This document shows, in pieces, positions 1-10,612 of a DNA stretch of 64,000 nucleotides. The notes beneath the pieces were generated by a model. It saw only the letters and a program-made list of their open reading frames with translations, had not been told where the DNA came from and did no database searches. Positions within the stretch are counted from its first letter, which is position 1. Each line of letters starts with the position of its first letter. Origin of the DNA: a virus; the IMG/VR virus record IMGVR_UViG_3300025118_004802, positions 17,822-81,821 of that record. One strand, written 5' to 3'. A program made the position numbers and the translations under genes.

Positions 1-3000
1 TAGTGCAGTACACTGACAAAATGCCACTCACCATCGACTATAGAATTTGTCGATACTGCCGCTGGGGATGCGGGGATATCACCTTCCTCCTCATAAATAG
101 CAATTTTTCCATCACTCTTTCGAACACACAACAAGAGTTCCAGGCCGGTGCCCCCCTCATCATAAATCGCCCAGACAGTACCGTAATCCTCAGAGGGGGT
201 TTCCGCCTTTATCCAACAACCAATCGTAAAATCGATGTTGTAGCCGATGCTCGGCCCCTGGATGATATCATACAGATTCGCTTTATACATGCCGCTTGTA
301 CCATCAAAATAAGTACCCATACCCCCCTTGACAGCCTCCCACTTGCCCGGGCTTGGGATTATTGAACCAAGAGGGGCGTCAACGAATAACTGGGGATTGT
401 TGTTTGCATCCGGATGTGGGAGCGCCGGCGATTCGAAGCGTGAACTATCCCGCAGCATGTATGGTTCCGCATTAATTCCATAGTCCATATAAGGAGCATT
501 GCCCATTTGGTACCAAGCGACCAGCGTCCCAGAACATGGATGTTGGTTGAGGTCACAGGGGCCTGCTTGGTTGGCACCAAACTTATAAAGTTGTGTGATA
601 TCACTTCCTGTAAGTTCGGAATTCCAAAATGCAATATCGGTTATTGAGCCCTTAAATTCCGACGTCATGCCGGTATCTTCAGCGCCGATCCCAATTTTGG
701 ACGTGCCAGCATAGGAGGCCGATACGGCGCCATTAGCTACTGCCTTTCCATTCACATAAAGAGTAGAATAGGTAATGCCACCATCTCCGTTATAGCGACC
801 GGTCACGCCTACGTGCATCCATTCACCCGCCTGAGCACTATAAGTGCTAGAGTTAATAGCAGACGCGCCATTTTGTGCCTCCACAAAAAATCGGCCAAGG
901 GTGCCGCCGGATTCCTCAGCCCGGAGATGTATGGTGTCGAGGCCGCCGCCGGCGGGTCCTATGAAAAAAACCACTCCATCTTGCGAAAGTGAAGTAGGCA
1001 CCTTTATCCAAGCAAAAGTAGAAAAAGAAGAGTTTTGAAGTCCTAATTCAGATATAGCCAACCCAGACAAGTAGAGGTCATTTGTTCCATCAAAATAAAT
1101 CGAATAATTGCTATACCACCGAGCATCATTCTCATACCTTCTGGCAACGTTTTGGTTAACTTTATGATATGAGGCAGATATTAAGTGCTGAACATTATCT
1201 AATTGGGCCGAGCTTGAAAGCGTATTTGCTTTCATCCCATACTTAGCGGCGTGTTGTGCAAAAAGAGAGTTTAATGGTTGGCGAACCGTGAGGTTACGCC
1301 ACGGAAGCGCGTTGTATGGAGAGTACTCTTCTGAAGTGTAGTCTCGTGTTCCTCTCGCCATCACCTCTGATGAACCTGGGGCGCTGAATCTCTCGACAAA
1401 AACGCTCTTATTTGTAGTGCGGGTGGGAAGAGTATAATCAATAACTCCAGTGACATAGGATGAGCCACTACTTGCAATCGTGAGGTTCTCTATCGAAAGG
1501 TTGTTAATCCTCCTTCCGCTTGTTTGCACCACTTGGTAATTCTGATCAAAGTTGCCAATCTTTGTGACACCAGAGCTTGTAACTTGTTGAATGTTTGCAA
1601 TGTTAACCGGGCGCTTGGCATAGGTTTCCCTTGTTCTGTTGGCGAAACCAGCGTTCGCATCGGCGGCAGAGCCTGTGAAATCAATAGCACCGCCAGCAAC
1701 AGTTATAGTGCCGGGGGAGGAGCCGACCTCATCGCCCATTATTATGCGGAAACCTTCAGGACGGTCGTACCTCGTGTTAAGATCGCGTTCCGAGGATGAA
1801 TAATTCACGTCTACGTGGCGATATTGGTAGCCTCCAACGTATTTCTCGGTGAAGGGACCCTGAAGTGGTATCTCATAATCAGGACCGTATGAATCATTGT
1901 GAAGATTGGTTAGTGCGGTTCCTTCAAAGCCCGCAACATCCTGAATCTCCTTAACGTACCCTGTGGACACGGAAGAAGAATAAAACGTAAATGGAGCGCT
2001 GTCTTTGGCAACCTCTGTCGGGGATCCATCATTAGCTGAGCCAGTGTGAGTATAATACGATATCCTCTTTTTGGCAGCCGGATTGCCCGACGCGTCTGTG
2101 AATACTGGCTTTAAGACGTCATCGCAGTCTTCAATTTGTTCGAGATCGGAACCTGAGATATATACGTAATCATGGTAAAGTTGTGTAGAATCTTCATCCT
2201 TAACGTTGTCGAACGTTGATAGTACTGATTTTTCTTTTGCGTTTGTTGGGGCGTTAGAACCCCCCTTTATATTTCGTACCTCAACAGCGCTGAATTTGTA
2301 GGGCGAGTCAAGCCGTCGATTTAAAACTTGCAATGAAGCAGACAGATACTCAGTCCTGTTCTCGTTGACTGCGGGATTCCCAGAAGCGCTGATTGCCCCA
2401 ATCGTGCGCTCGGCGCGCTCCTTCCACCAGAAACAATTAACGTCTTGTTGATTTCCAATACCACCAGTCAATTTTGCTGGAGAAGAACCGTTGGCTCCAG
2501 CAGCAACCATCTGCCCCACGACATCCGTAAACACAATTTCATTACCTGCAGATCCGATCCTGGTCGCACTTACAGTTATCGTTGGGTTGGTTCCGAGCGT
2601 GGCGGAAATGCCTGCGACACCATTAGTCGCGTCACCGGCCCCTGTTCCATACGCGACAGAATTAGAAGGTGACGGAGTGCCTCCAGTTATAGCGATAACG
2701 AGTCGAGCAAGAATTGCGGCGGCGGTGCCAGCCGTGCTAACTTCTACCTGATTCGCGGTTCCGGAAGATGGGGTTCCAGACACCATTTTGACAGTTATAT
2801 CGGTACCAGATACGCCGGTGTCTGTCGCAACATTAACTGTAAACTTATCATTGTCGCTGAAACCGGTTAATGTTAACAGATCAGCAAATGAGGCGCCCTT
2901 CGATGGGGCTGCGTGTCCAAATTTCCAGTTATATAGTAATTCGTTAATACCGCGAGCGGCGTCTTCAGGATCTGAGAACTTGCTCTCAAGTGTTGGGAAC

Positions 3001-6000
3001 TTATTCCAATACTTATTCCTTTCGAGTACGTGGCTCTCCACCATGGTGCGGACACCTTCAGAGAATTTTGCCGACGCTGGAATCATTTGAACCAACATCA
3101 GAGTCAGAGAACTGTCAATCCATTTGTAATACTCTAGATATTTTTCAAAATCTATAGTACTATTGGACACCCCTTCAAAGAATAGCTGACGAAGCTTTCC
3201 TAAGATCTTATATTCTTGACGATAGCGATTAACGGGGTCTCCAATCAAATTATTGAAGTCTTTAATAGTGGCAAAGAAATCAATCATCTGGCGCGAGACT
3301 GCCTCGTACATGCTCTTTTCAATCGAGAAGTAATAATTAGTTGGCCTGGAATCGAGAGTGAAATTGACGTCGTCCTGCGAAAGGATGTTTACCATCTCTG
3401 AACTATCAACGTACTCGGGTAATGTTTGTTTTGAGGCATACAAAAATTGTGTGTCCACGACAGTTGTCTGGTTGGCTAAGTAGTCCTCACCACGACCTGT
3501 GTGTTGGGATCTGAGCATTGGACCGAGCCACCCATAAGTGTTTGTACCACCTGGGATGGCTGTAACGGAACCCGAGGATACATCAGGTACCGCAAACCCT
3601 GCTGTGTATCCTGTTCCTCCGTCGCCGGCATCAGAGCCGGTCACGGTTGCAAAATCCCAATCCAACAGAAGGGTCTCTATTGAAGGAAGATAAGAGCCAG
3701 TGCAGTCTTGGAAAACATACGCATTTCTATAAGGGTGTGCAGCACCAAAACTAGTAGGATCCTTTGCGTGAGCCAGAATGGTTGTGTTGTCCAGTACGTC
3801 CAGCCATGCACGTGCAGAGGAAATCTTGGCATCTGACTTTTGTAGGGCCCCCCCCAGGAAGTTCGTCTTGTTTGCTCCAACGAAAACACGCTTCGAGGAC
3901 GTCATGAATTGCTTCGCGTAGTCCCCATCCATGCTGGCAGTTAAGTAAAACTCGTTCTCAATCTGATTATAGTTCAGATTAACACCGTAAAATTCAACTT
4001 TGTATGGTTGGTTGTCTCTTGTTGGTAAGGTTCCCGATACCTCCGAAGATAGTGGATATGAAGACGGGCCGATCTTGACGGCGAAGTTCCAACGTTGGTT
4101 TTCATAAACGCCGGGGATCGCCGAAGACGTGAGAGCCGGATGGAAGAACCCACCCGCAGAACCAGTCAAGATGAATCGCGCGGCGCCGGCCGAAATATCT
4201 TCGGCGCCCGGGGTATAGTCTTTGGCAGCTAATACTTGGAAGTTGGCCACGTCTGGTGAGTTCCAAGCAACCTCTGCGCCCGTTTCAGACTCAGACGTCT
4301 GTTTAACCGTGTGTATACCAAAAATAGACGCCGTTGCAAAATCATTGATAAAGTAGTTTGTCTCGCTGACCTTTTTAGGGGCCGGGAAAATAGCTTCAGC
4401 CTCAAACGTCATACCCCAGCCGCCTGTAAGATGACCAGACCCTGTAATAAAAGGTACTGAATTAGCATTCGCGCTGGCAGTTTGCTGGTATACTACCGCA
4501 TTAAACCGATCGGGGTGATAAAAGTCAGCATACTTCTTTCTTGTTGCGCCGGCGCTTCGGTTATCTCGAATTTTATATGTAACATCACTTCCATATACTT
4601 TTAAATCTATAACTTCTCGGTCAATGCCGTAACAGCGTATTAAGTTGCGGAAGGATTTCTCTGTTCCTTTGGACTTATAGATATAAACTAAGTTATTGTA
4701 AATGTTTTCGTAAATTCTATTTTTAACATTGTAAATATCGTCTGCGAAGATCTTCTCATCGTTGCGAGCAGCCAACTTTTCTATAATGTCTGCGTCGACA
4801 AACATCTCAGGTGCAATTAATCCGACCGATTCAAGCAGTTCTTTCCCGAACGGAAGGGGTTTGGCGCTGGCACTAGTGTACAAGACGTTCTCGCGTATTG
4901 CTGGCAATGCCTCCATCTGGAGATGCATGCTATCAAAGAAGCTAGAGATAACCTGAGTCAGGTTTTTGATTGCTCCAGAATCTTCTTCGATAATCCAGGC
5001 CGGAATCGTATTATATAGAGATGCCGGGTTTGAGTAGTCATAAACTGACCCAGTGGCCAAGAGCTTGGTGCGCAAACTGACCACGCTGGGGTGATCACCG
5101 TAGATAATTGGATCCTCGAATTCTATAGCAGAGGCACTTGACTCGATCATAGCTGACCCAGTATTCCTGGAGTACAAAGCCTCATAACCAGCAAACGTAC
5201 CGTTAGTAATCCTGCCAGAGAAGTCGAGAGCCACTGAGTCTAAGCTTGAATCCCCGGTGATCCCCTCGTTAAACTTATAATAAACACCTAATTGTGTGTT
5301 AGCTGTGTCGCTGTTGGTGCCGCCGCCAACTTGGGAAAACCAATGGCGGCCGACTTGTCGTGCATCACGCTTAGTCTTCCAGTATCTAAATTCGTCTACG
5401 GAACCTGAGGTCTTATACCAACCAATAGAACCAGTTGTGACACCAGGAGTAGTATAGGCGGCGCTGTTCAGGGCGCCGACAGTAGCTACCAGGGCACCAG
5501 TGATCTCATTGATAGCTTGGCCAGTCTCGGTAACTGTATTGACGATGGTTCCGTTTTCATAAACCTGATATGCTAAATCAGATCCGTCATTAACGACAGT
5601 GATAGCATAATGATTCCAAGACCCGGTGCTTGTCAGAGTCAAACCATCGGAGATGGAATACAACATCGTAGAAGTTGCAACGCTTCCAGATTGCAGGCTG
5701 GCCTTGAGCCCACTAGTTGCGGCCGCACCATTGTTATAATAATAAACGTAGAAGCGCCCATACGGTGAGGAGGCGTCGGACCCAGAAAGTTGGGAGTTAG
5801 AAAGGTCGAAGAGTACCTGAGTTTGAGTGGTGACGTCCGGATCTAAATCTCCAAACTTTACCCAGAACTCCATCGTGGCGCCTGAAGAGAGATCGAATTT
5901 TAAGTTAGATTCTTGATTTTCAGTCGGTGACCAGACATTGGAACCACTGAAAGTTTTGTAAAGAGGTGTCGTAGTCATCCCGCTGGATGCGGTATGAGGA

Positions 6001-6428
6001 CCTCCGTAAAAAATAATATACTCTTTACTGGTCGGATTGCCGGGCTGGGCCGAATCAATTGCGTATCCAGTAGAAGGGTTACCACCAAAAGTAACATACC
6101 CGTTCGTGCGAGGATACTCATTATTAAAGATGTATAAATCAACACCGGAAGAACTATTCTCCCACTCTAATTTTTCTTGGTGTGAACCATCATAAGGATA
6201 GTTTTTTAAAATACGATTAATCGAATCGTCATAATACTTCTCGGCTGAACCGTATTTAACAAAATTTGACGCTGATGAGAAATCTACGTGTGGGAGGAAC
6301 CGATTCTTCTTCTTAAGATAATCTTTTATATAGCCTACCGACTCTACTTCGGTGGCCACGGCCTCAAGGCTTTTATCCTCCAGGGTCGTGTTACTATGTT
6401 TCTTAAACAGATCTTTTATGCTGCTCAT
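1..6428 (-). CDS. Giant baseplate wedge/receptor-binding protein (T4 gp7-like core plus several LamG/concanavalin-like domains); 3' end runs off the window, >2140 aa
   Basis: Not in the ORF track. ATG at 6428 overlaps the upstream TGA (ATGA) and reads MSSIKDLFKKH. Spot checks stay in frame to the window edge: TMEFWVK...WNHYAITV...VDEFRYW, NLVYIYKSKGTEKSFRNLIRCYG (~4630-4700, gp7-like KSKGT), GEWMHVGVT (~820), DGEWHFVSV (~25). Not every codon was checked. Confidence 0.8.
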   Translation of the reverse strand, partial: MSSIKDLFKKHSNTTLEDKSLEAVATEVESVGYIKDYLKKKNRFLPHVDFSSASNFVKYGSAEKYYDDSINRILKNYPYDGSHQEKLEWENSSSGVDLYIFNNEYPRTNGYVTFGGNPSTGYAIDSAQPGNPTSKEYIIFYGGPHTASSGMTTTPLYKTFSGSNVWSPTENQESNLKFDLSSGATMEFWVKFGDLDPDVTTQTQVLFDLSNSQLSGSDASSPYGRFYVYYYNNGAAATSGLKASLQSGSVATSTMLYSISDGLTLTSTGSWNHYAITVVNDGSDLAYQVYENGTIVNTVTETGQAINEITGALVATVGALNSAAYTTPGVTTGSIGWYKTSGSVDEFRYWKTKRDARQVGRHWFSQVGGGTNSDTANTQLGVYYKFNEGITGDSSLDSVALDFSGRITNGTFAGYEALYSRNTGSAMIESSASAIEFEDPIIYGDHPSVVSLRTKLLATGSVYDYSNPASLYNTIPAWIIEEDSGAIKNLTQVISSFFDSMHLQMEALPAIRENVLYTSASAKPLPFGKELLESVGLIAPEMFVDADIIEKLAARNDEKIFADDIYNVKNRIYENIYNNLVYIYKSKGTEKSFRNLIRCYGIDREVIDLKVYGSDVTYKIRDNRSAGATRKKYADFYHPDRFNAVVYQQTASANANSVPFITGSGHLTGGWGMTFEAEAIFPAPKKVSETNYFINDFATASIFGIHTVKQTSESETGAEVAWNSPDVANFQVLAAKDYTPGAEDISAGAARFILTGSAGGFFHPALTSSAIPGVYENQRWNFAVKIGPSSYPLSSEVSGTLPTRDNQPYKVEFYGVNLNYNQIENEFYLTASMDGDYAKQFMTSSKRVFVGANKTNFLGGALQKSDAKISSARAWLDVLDNTTILAHAKDPTSFGAAHPYRNAYVFQDCTGSYLPSIETLLLDWDFATVTGSDAGDGGTGYTAGFAVPDVSSGSVTAIPGGTNTYGWLGPMLRSQHTGRGEDYLANQTTVVDTQFLYASKQTLPEYVDSSEMVNILSQDDVNFTLDSRPTNYYFSIEKSMYEAVSRQMIDFFATIKDFNNLIGDPVNRYRQEYKILGKLRQLFFEGVSNSTIDFEKYLEYYKWIDSSLTLMLVQMIPASAKFSEGVRTMVESHVLERNKYWNKFPTLESKFSDPEDAARGINELLYNWKFGHAAPSKGASFADLLTLTGFSDNDKFTVNVATDTGVSGTDITVKMVSGTPSSGTANQVEVSTAGTAAAILARLVIAITGGTPSPSNSVAYGTGAGDATNGVAGISATLGTNPTITVSATRIGSAGNEIVFTDVVGQMVAAGANGSSPAKLTGGIGNQQDVNCFWWKERAERTIGAISASGNPAVNENRTEYLSASLQVLNRRLDSPYKFSAVEVRNIKGGSNAPTNAKEKSVLSTFDNVKDEDSTQLYHDYVYISGSDLEQIEDCDDVLKPVFTDASGNPAAKKRISYYTHTGSANDGSPTEVAKDSAPFTFYSSSVSTGYVKEIQDVAGFEGTALTNLHNDSYGPDYEIPLQGPFTEKYVGGYQYRHVDVNYSSSERDLNTRYDRPEGFRIIMGDEVGSSPGTITVAGGAIDFTGSAADANAGFANRTRETYAKRPVNIANIQQVTSSGVTKIGNFDQNYQVVQTSGRRINNLSIENLTIASSGSSYVTGVIDYTLPTRTTNKSVFVERFSAPGSSEVMARGTRDYTSEEYSPYNALPWRNLTVRQPLNSLFAQHAAKYGMKANTLSSSAQLDNVQHLISASYHKVNQNVARRYENDARWYSNYSIYFDGTNDLYLSGLAISELGLQNSSFSTFAWIKVPTSLSQDGVVFFIGPAGGGLDTIHLRAEESGGTLGRFFVEAQNGASAINSSTYSAQAGEWMHVGVTGRYNGDGGITYSTLYVNGKAVANGAVSASYAGTSKIGIGAEDTGMTSEFKGSITDIAFWNSELTGSDITQLYKFGANQAGPCDLNQHPCSGTLVAWYQMGNAPYMDYGINAEPYMLRDSSRFESPALPHPDANNNPQLFVDAPLGSIIPSPGKWEAVKGGMGTYFDGTSGMYKANLYDIIQGPSIGYNIDFTIGCWIKAETPSEDYGTVWAIYDEGGTGLELLLCVRKSDGKIAIYEEEGDIPASPAAVSTNSIVDGEWHFVSVLH

Positions 6429-8344
6429 TCTTCTACTCTAAACTTGTAACTCTCTTTGCTCTCAATATATTTTCCGCTAAGGTAATAGAGGTATCGGACT
6501 GTATAGGAGTAGCCAGCTTCTAAAATACTGACATCGAAATCAAAGTAGCTCCCCGTAACATCATAAGATAACTTGGTATAATTATCGCTTCCTGTACCAA
6601 ATGCTACAACTTCAAACTCGTCTATAGTGCGAGAAATATTATAATAGACGCTCTCAATGGTATAATTCGCGATCTCTTGTGTTACTTTTGTATATACATT
6701 AGGAGTCCAGTCTTTTTGCCTGGTGAATAATCGGAATCTTGTATTCTTTTCTTCTTTATTATAAGACGGCTTCAAATTGGTCATACTACTAACGATATCT
6801 GGGCTAGGATTATAATTCGAGGCTTGAAAAACTTTAGGGTCAGAGGAGCCAGTATGGAACTCCGTGGTATCGTTATGCCACATATCGAAAACTCGTGTCA
6901 AAGCAGTTGTACCAGTCACAGCAATGCTGGCTGAATAGATGCCTGTGGAAACGATGCCCCCTGTGGCATTCAAGTCTGCTGCGGCCGCGACGTCTCCGCC
7001 AACGCTCAATTCTAACTTGTTTGTACCGGGAGTTGTATTAGTATCAGAACCCGAATACAAGCTTACAAAGATAGCCTTGTTAGTGAGGTTCGGGATTTCC
7101 TGCAACTGGCCGCGGACATAGTTATATAAATACAGCGTATTAAGGTTGTCGGCTGCTGTCGCGATACTACTGCTAAAATAAAAGTCGCCGCGATTGTCGG
7201 ATACCGAAGAGTCCCATCGAGCTTCGATAATAGGGCGTTTGAAGAAGTACTGCGACCCCCGAGCAAAAAACTTTTTAGTGTACTGCGAGACGCTACTACT
7301 CTCCAGACTAGAGGTCAGCTTCACACACAGTCCATGGTTACTAAGGCCAGCGGTGGCTCCGCCTTTGATCCAATCTTCAACGAGGGGGGTGATATCTAGT
7401 TCTATATCTTCAGTGCCATTTGGCATTGCCACATCAAACCACGTTCTTGTGGAGGCATTCTTTATCTCATTGAAAGAACCGCCGTCTGTTGCGATCCCCT
7501 CAGTGTCAAACCAGGGTGTCCATTGGGAACCTGAGTAAAACCCTTGTACCGACCCCGTATTCATCGACGCGCTAGCGTACGTCGTGCCGTCAACTAAGGT
7601 ACCATTAATGTGCGTGTTACCTATTTGACCGGCTTCTGTTTGATACAGTGTAACAATCGCACTTGAACCATCCCAGGACGCGCTGATCGGAACAGAGCCT
7701 GCAGCTAGGGCGCCCGTGAGTGTGTTATAGACCGCATTGGCTAAGTTGGCCGCAGAACTCATATCCGAAAGACCCACCGAAGTTGCCGTTGAGGCGGCGC
7801 GGGCCAAAGAAGTATCACAAGTGGCTGTATAAGATGTGCCATCAGTGCCGCTGAGGATTAGCGTTTTTCCGTTCATCCCAGTATTTGCTGTGGCTATCGC
7901 CGTCACGGAACCGGTAGCGGCGACCAAAAGATCGCTAGCTTGCAGCCAGTTTGAACCAGTAGAGCCATACGTTAAATTAGAGTAAGCCTCCATGTCCATC
8001 CCATAACCTTCTTGCCAGGATTGAGATAAAGCAATTACGGTATATGTTGCATCCCTGGGAATTGATGAACCATGGGGCGCGTTAAACATGCGTAGGTAAA
8101 AAGTCACGCTGCCGCTAGCTGGGATGTCTTCGTTTGTTCGATCGGTAGAAATTGTGCTTATTGGAAATTCAATGATAGCTCGGGACAATTCTTGTGATGT
8201 GGAAGATTCCTGACCGAAAATATGGAAAATCTCCAAGATGTCGGCGCGGCCCATATTAGATCCAGTGGCGCGAGTGCTTAGGTTGCTCTCAAAAGCATTT
8301 GTAATCGTGTTGTCGGCGCCAGCCGTATACCTTTTAATCGCCAT
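6425..8344 (-). CDS. Virion structural protein with DNRLRE/CBM96-like beta-sandwich domain
   Basis: 639 aa; SRAIIEF and LDITPLVEDW...NHGLCVK motifs; S/T/G-rich; lies between baseplate genes. Confidence 0.6.
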   Translation of the reverse strand: MAIKRYTAGADNTITNAFESNLSTRATGSNMGRADILEIFHIFGQESSTSQELSRAIIEFPISTISTDRTNEDIPASGSVTFYLRMFNAPHGSSIPRDATYTVIALSQSWQEGYGMDMEAYSNLTYGSTGSNWLQASDLLVAATGSVTAIATANTGMNGKTLILSGTDGTSYTATCDTSLARAASTATSVGLSDMSSAANLANAVYNTLTGALAAGSVPISASWDGSSAIVTLYQTEAGQIGNTHINGTLVDGTTYASASMNTGSVQGFYSGSQWTPWFDTEGIATDGGSFNEIKNASTRTWFDVAMPNGTEDIELDITPLVEDWIKGGATAGLSNHGLCVKLTSSLESSSVSQYTKKFFARGSQYFFKRPIIEARWDSSVSDNRGDFYFSSSIATAADNLNTLYLYNYVRGQLQEIPNLTNKAIFVSLYSGSDTNTTPGTNKLELSVGGDVAAAADLNATGGIVSTGIYSASIAVTGTTALTRVFDMWHNDTTEFHTGSSDPKVFQASNYNPSPDIVSSMTNLKPSYNKEEKNTRFRLFTRQKDWTPNVYTKVTQEIANYTIESVYYNISRTIDEFEVVAFGTGSDNYTKLSYDVTGSYFDFDVSILEAGYSYTVRYLYYLSGKYIESKESYKFRVEE

Positions 8345-10143
8345 TACTTGAGTGTCCCTTTAATATCGCTATCAGGATACTTAATCTCCCAGATAAAGTT
8401 TTCTGGAAATGCGATGTACCTTCCATCGGCGCTTTGGTAGTCCTCGATCACGAAAGAGACGGTTGAGTAGTTACTCCCTTCCTTTTTAGTAATATCAACT
8501 GTTACCACATCAACAATCCCTCCTACATCATTAATTACATTATAGATATCTGAGATATAGAACGGCTGCGCAATATTGGGCAATATTTCGAAATGTTCAG
8601 CCAAGGCGTCCTGAACATCTTTCAACACATCAAATCGGTTTGCTTCCACGTCTGCAATCGCCACAAATTCAATACCCAGATTAACCAGACGTGCGTCTAG
8701 TATATCTATAGTATCATTGACCATCTTAACACTAGCTAACCAATTTTTTAAATTTTGTTTGATAGTTGAGTTAGTTTCAACAAGTTTCTCAGAAGAGTCT
8801 TCCGAAATAACATACAAATTTAGATTCCTCTTGAATGAATCTTTGTCTTGCACTATATTACAACGCTTGATAGCCCCCAAATCAGACGGCATATTGTATA
8901 TCATGCTTATATAGTCCTGCTTCGTCACCGCTCGATTCTGGGTTGCAAAGTGAGAAAAAGCACGATGCTTCAACTCCTCTGAGGTAGGGTATGAAATACT
9001 ACCCACAATTGAATCTTCGTTCGAAACCTCTAGCGAATTCATGACCGCCGTTGCGGCGTTTGCCGAAAGGCTTGCAAAGTTGGGAAAACGAAACGAGGGA
9101 TTAGCAACAGTGTCTAGTGCTGTCGGGGCAACGTTCATGTTTGAACTGTTGTTTACTCTATAGACAACTGTCAGCGTAGTGTTGGAGGGACCCACTCCGA
9201 GCTTGTCTGTTGCAATCAGGTTGTTTGGGTCTAGAGTCTTGTCAGAGAAATAGTCCTTTCCGTGCACATCCAGCACAACGTTGCTCGGATCTGCCACAGA
9301 CTTTGTAGTTAATTCTGAATCGGATCCGAAACCAAACTGAAGATATACCTGAGTACGCTGGCGCTCCACTGTAAAGCGTCGAGGGACGGGTACTGCGGTC
9401 AACAACGATTGTACAGAATCTGCATTCGTACCCCTATTTTTTAATGATTTATAGACTACGTCCTGAGAAAGATAATCAACTTCATGATATTCATTACCGT
9501 CCGAATCGGTCACAGAGATAATTTCGGTGATGTTGTTGCCCGAGATCCTAACTCTCTTGAATTTCTCAAATGTTCCCACTTGTGCGGTTTCGCGTACAAG
9601 TTGACCTGACATTACCTGTCCGTACGCTTTGATGGCGAAATAGGTTGTATTGCCAGTATCAGGATCTTGGCGCGCCGAGACTTTTCCAGCTACAAACCGC
9701 GTATTGGCAAAATTGACGTCCTCATTAAGAATAAAGCCGCGGCCGTCGGCGGTCATAAATTCACTACCTTTCTCTAAAACTGGCAGATAGCTTGTATCTG
9801 GGCCGGTGCCGATAGTGTTGGCTGGCACAATAATATAGAAAGAGGCCACGCCCACGGACGAAGGCGCCAAATCCAACTTGAAGCCCAGCTGTTTGCTAAG
9901 CTTGATAATGTTGTCGTACTCTAATGCGGTTGATAAAAACGACTCGTTTGCCTGATAATCAACATAGAAGGAGAGCATGTCTCCCACATAGGCCACTGTG
10001 TCTAGGAGTAATGAACCAAAGCCGGCTTCATTGAAGTCTCTAAAGGTGTCAGGATAGTATCTCTTCGCGTATTGTACTAATTCATTTTTTATTGATACAA
10101 AATCTCTACTAGTATAACTGACAGCGACTTTCTTCTTTGGCAT
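8344..10143 (-). CDS. Baseplate wedge subunit (T4 gp6 / baseplate J-like)
   Basis: YTSRDFVSIKNELVQY, DFNEAGFGSLLLDTVAYVGDMLSFYVDYQANESFLSTA, LQFGFG, TQNRAVTKQDY. Confidence 0.88.
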   Translation of the reverse strand: MPKKKVAVSYTSRDFVSIKNELVQYAKRYYPDTFRDFNEAGFGSLLLDTVAYVGDMLSFYVDYQANESFLSTALEYDNIIKLSKQLGFKLDLAPSSVGVASFYIIVPANTIGTGPDTSYLPVLEKGSEFMTADGRGFILNEDVNFANTRFVAGKVSARQDPDTGNTTYFAIKAYGQVMSGQLVRETAQVGTFEKFKRVRISGNNITEIISVTDSDGNEYHEVDYLSQDVVYKSLKNRGTNADSVQSLLTAVPVPRRFTVERQRTQVYLQFGFGSDSELTTKSVADPSNVVLDVHGKDYFSDKTLDPNNLIATDKLGVGPSNTTLTVVYRVNNSSNMNVAPTALDTVANPSFRFPNFASLSANAATAVMNSLEVSNEDSIVGSISYPTSEELKHRAFSHFATQNRAVTKQDYISMIYNMPSDLGAIKRCNIVQDKDSFKRNLNLYVISEDSSEKLVETNSTIKQNLKNWLASVKMVNDTIDILDARLVNLGIEFVAIADVEANRFDVLKDVQDALAEHFEILPNIAQPFYISDIYNVINDVGGIVDVVTVDITKKEGSNYSTVSFVIEDYQSADGRYIAFPENFIWEIKYPDSDIKGTLK

Positions 10144-10161
10144 TAACTTTTCCTCTCCACC

Positions 10162-10560
10162 CTAAATAGTTTGAAATCCGGTATTTCTTACAGTTGAATT
10201 GGTCACCTCAAACCTGTCTTTTATGTTTATTCCAGGTATATGGTACTCGATAGAGATCGACAACAACTGAGTTGTGTCATCGAAGCCGATATTGACCGCG
10301 CTTAACTTAATAAAGGGCATATACTTGCGGACCTGCTGGTTGATACGAGACCTTAAATTTTCCTCAAGCGCATATGAGTTTTGAGAAAACAGGTAGTTTC
10401 GGAGTCCTACGCCAAAGGTTGGGTCCATCATCCGTTCACCAGGGGCGGTGAGAATTAGATTTTTTAAATTTTGTTTAAATACTTGCGTCAAAGTTGTGTT
10501 CATCACATAACCGTCTTCGGTGTCCCTCTCAAACGGCAGTGCTGGTGATATAAAAGCCAT
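10162..10560 (-). CDS. Baseplate wedge / sheath initiator (T4 gp25, GPW family)
   Basis: KQNLKNLILTAPGERMMDPTFGVGLRNYLF signature. Confidence 0.92.
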   Translation of the reverse strand: MAFISPALPFERDTEDGYVMNTTLTQVFKQNLKNLILTAPGERMMDPTFGVGLRNYLFSQNSYALEENLRSRINQQVRKYMPFIKLSAVNIGFDDTTQLLSISIEYHIPGINIKDRFEVTNSTVRNTGFQTI

Positions 10561-10612
10561 ATTAATGTCCTCTTGATGTTAGTAAATATTTCAACTAAAA
10601 TATTATTCCCTA

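Noticed and set aside
3-4956. Scattered small ORFs in the first 5 kb
   Set aside because: Explained by the single giant minus-strand gene starting at 6428
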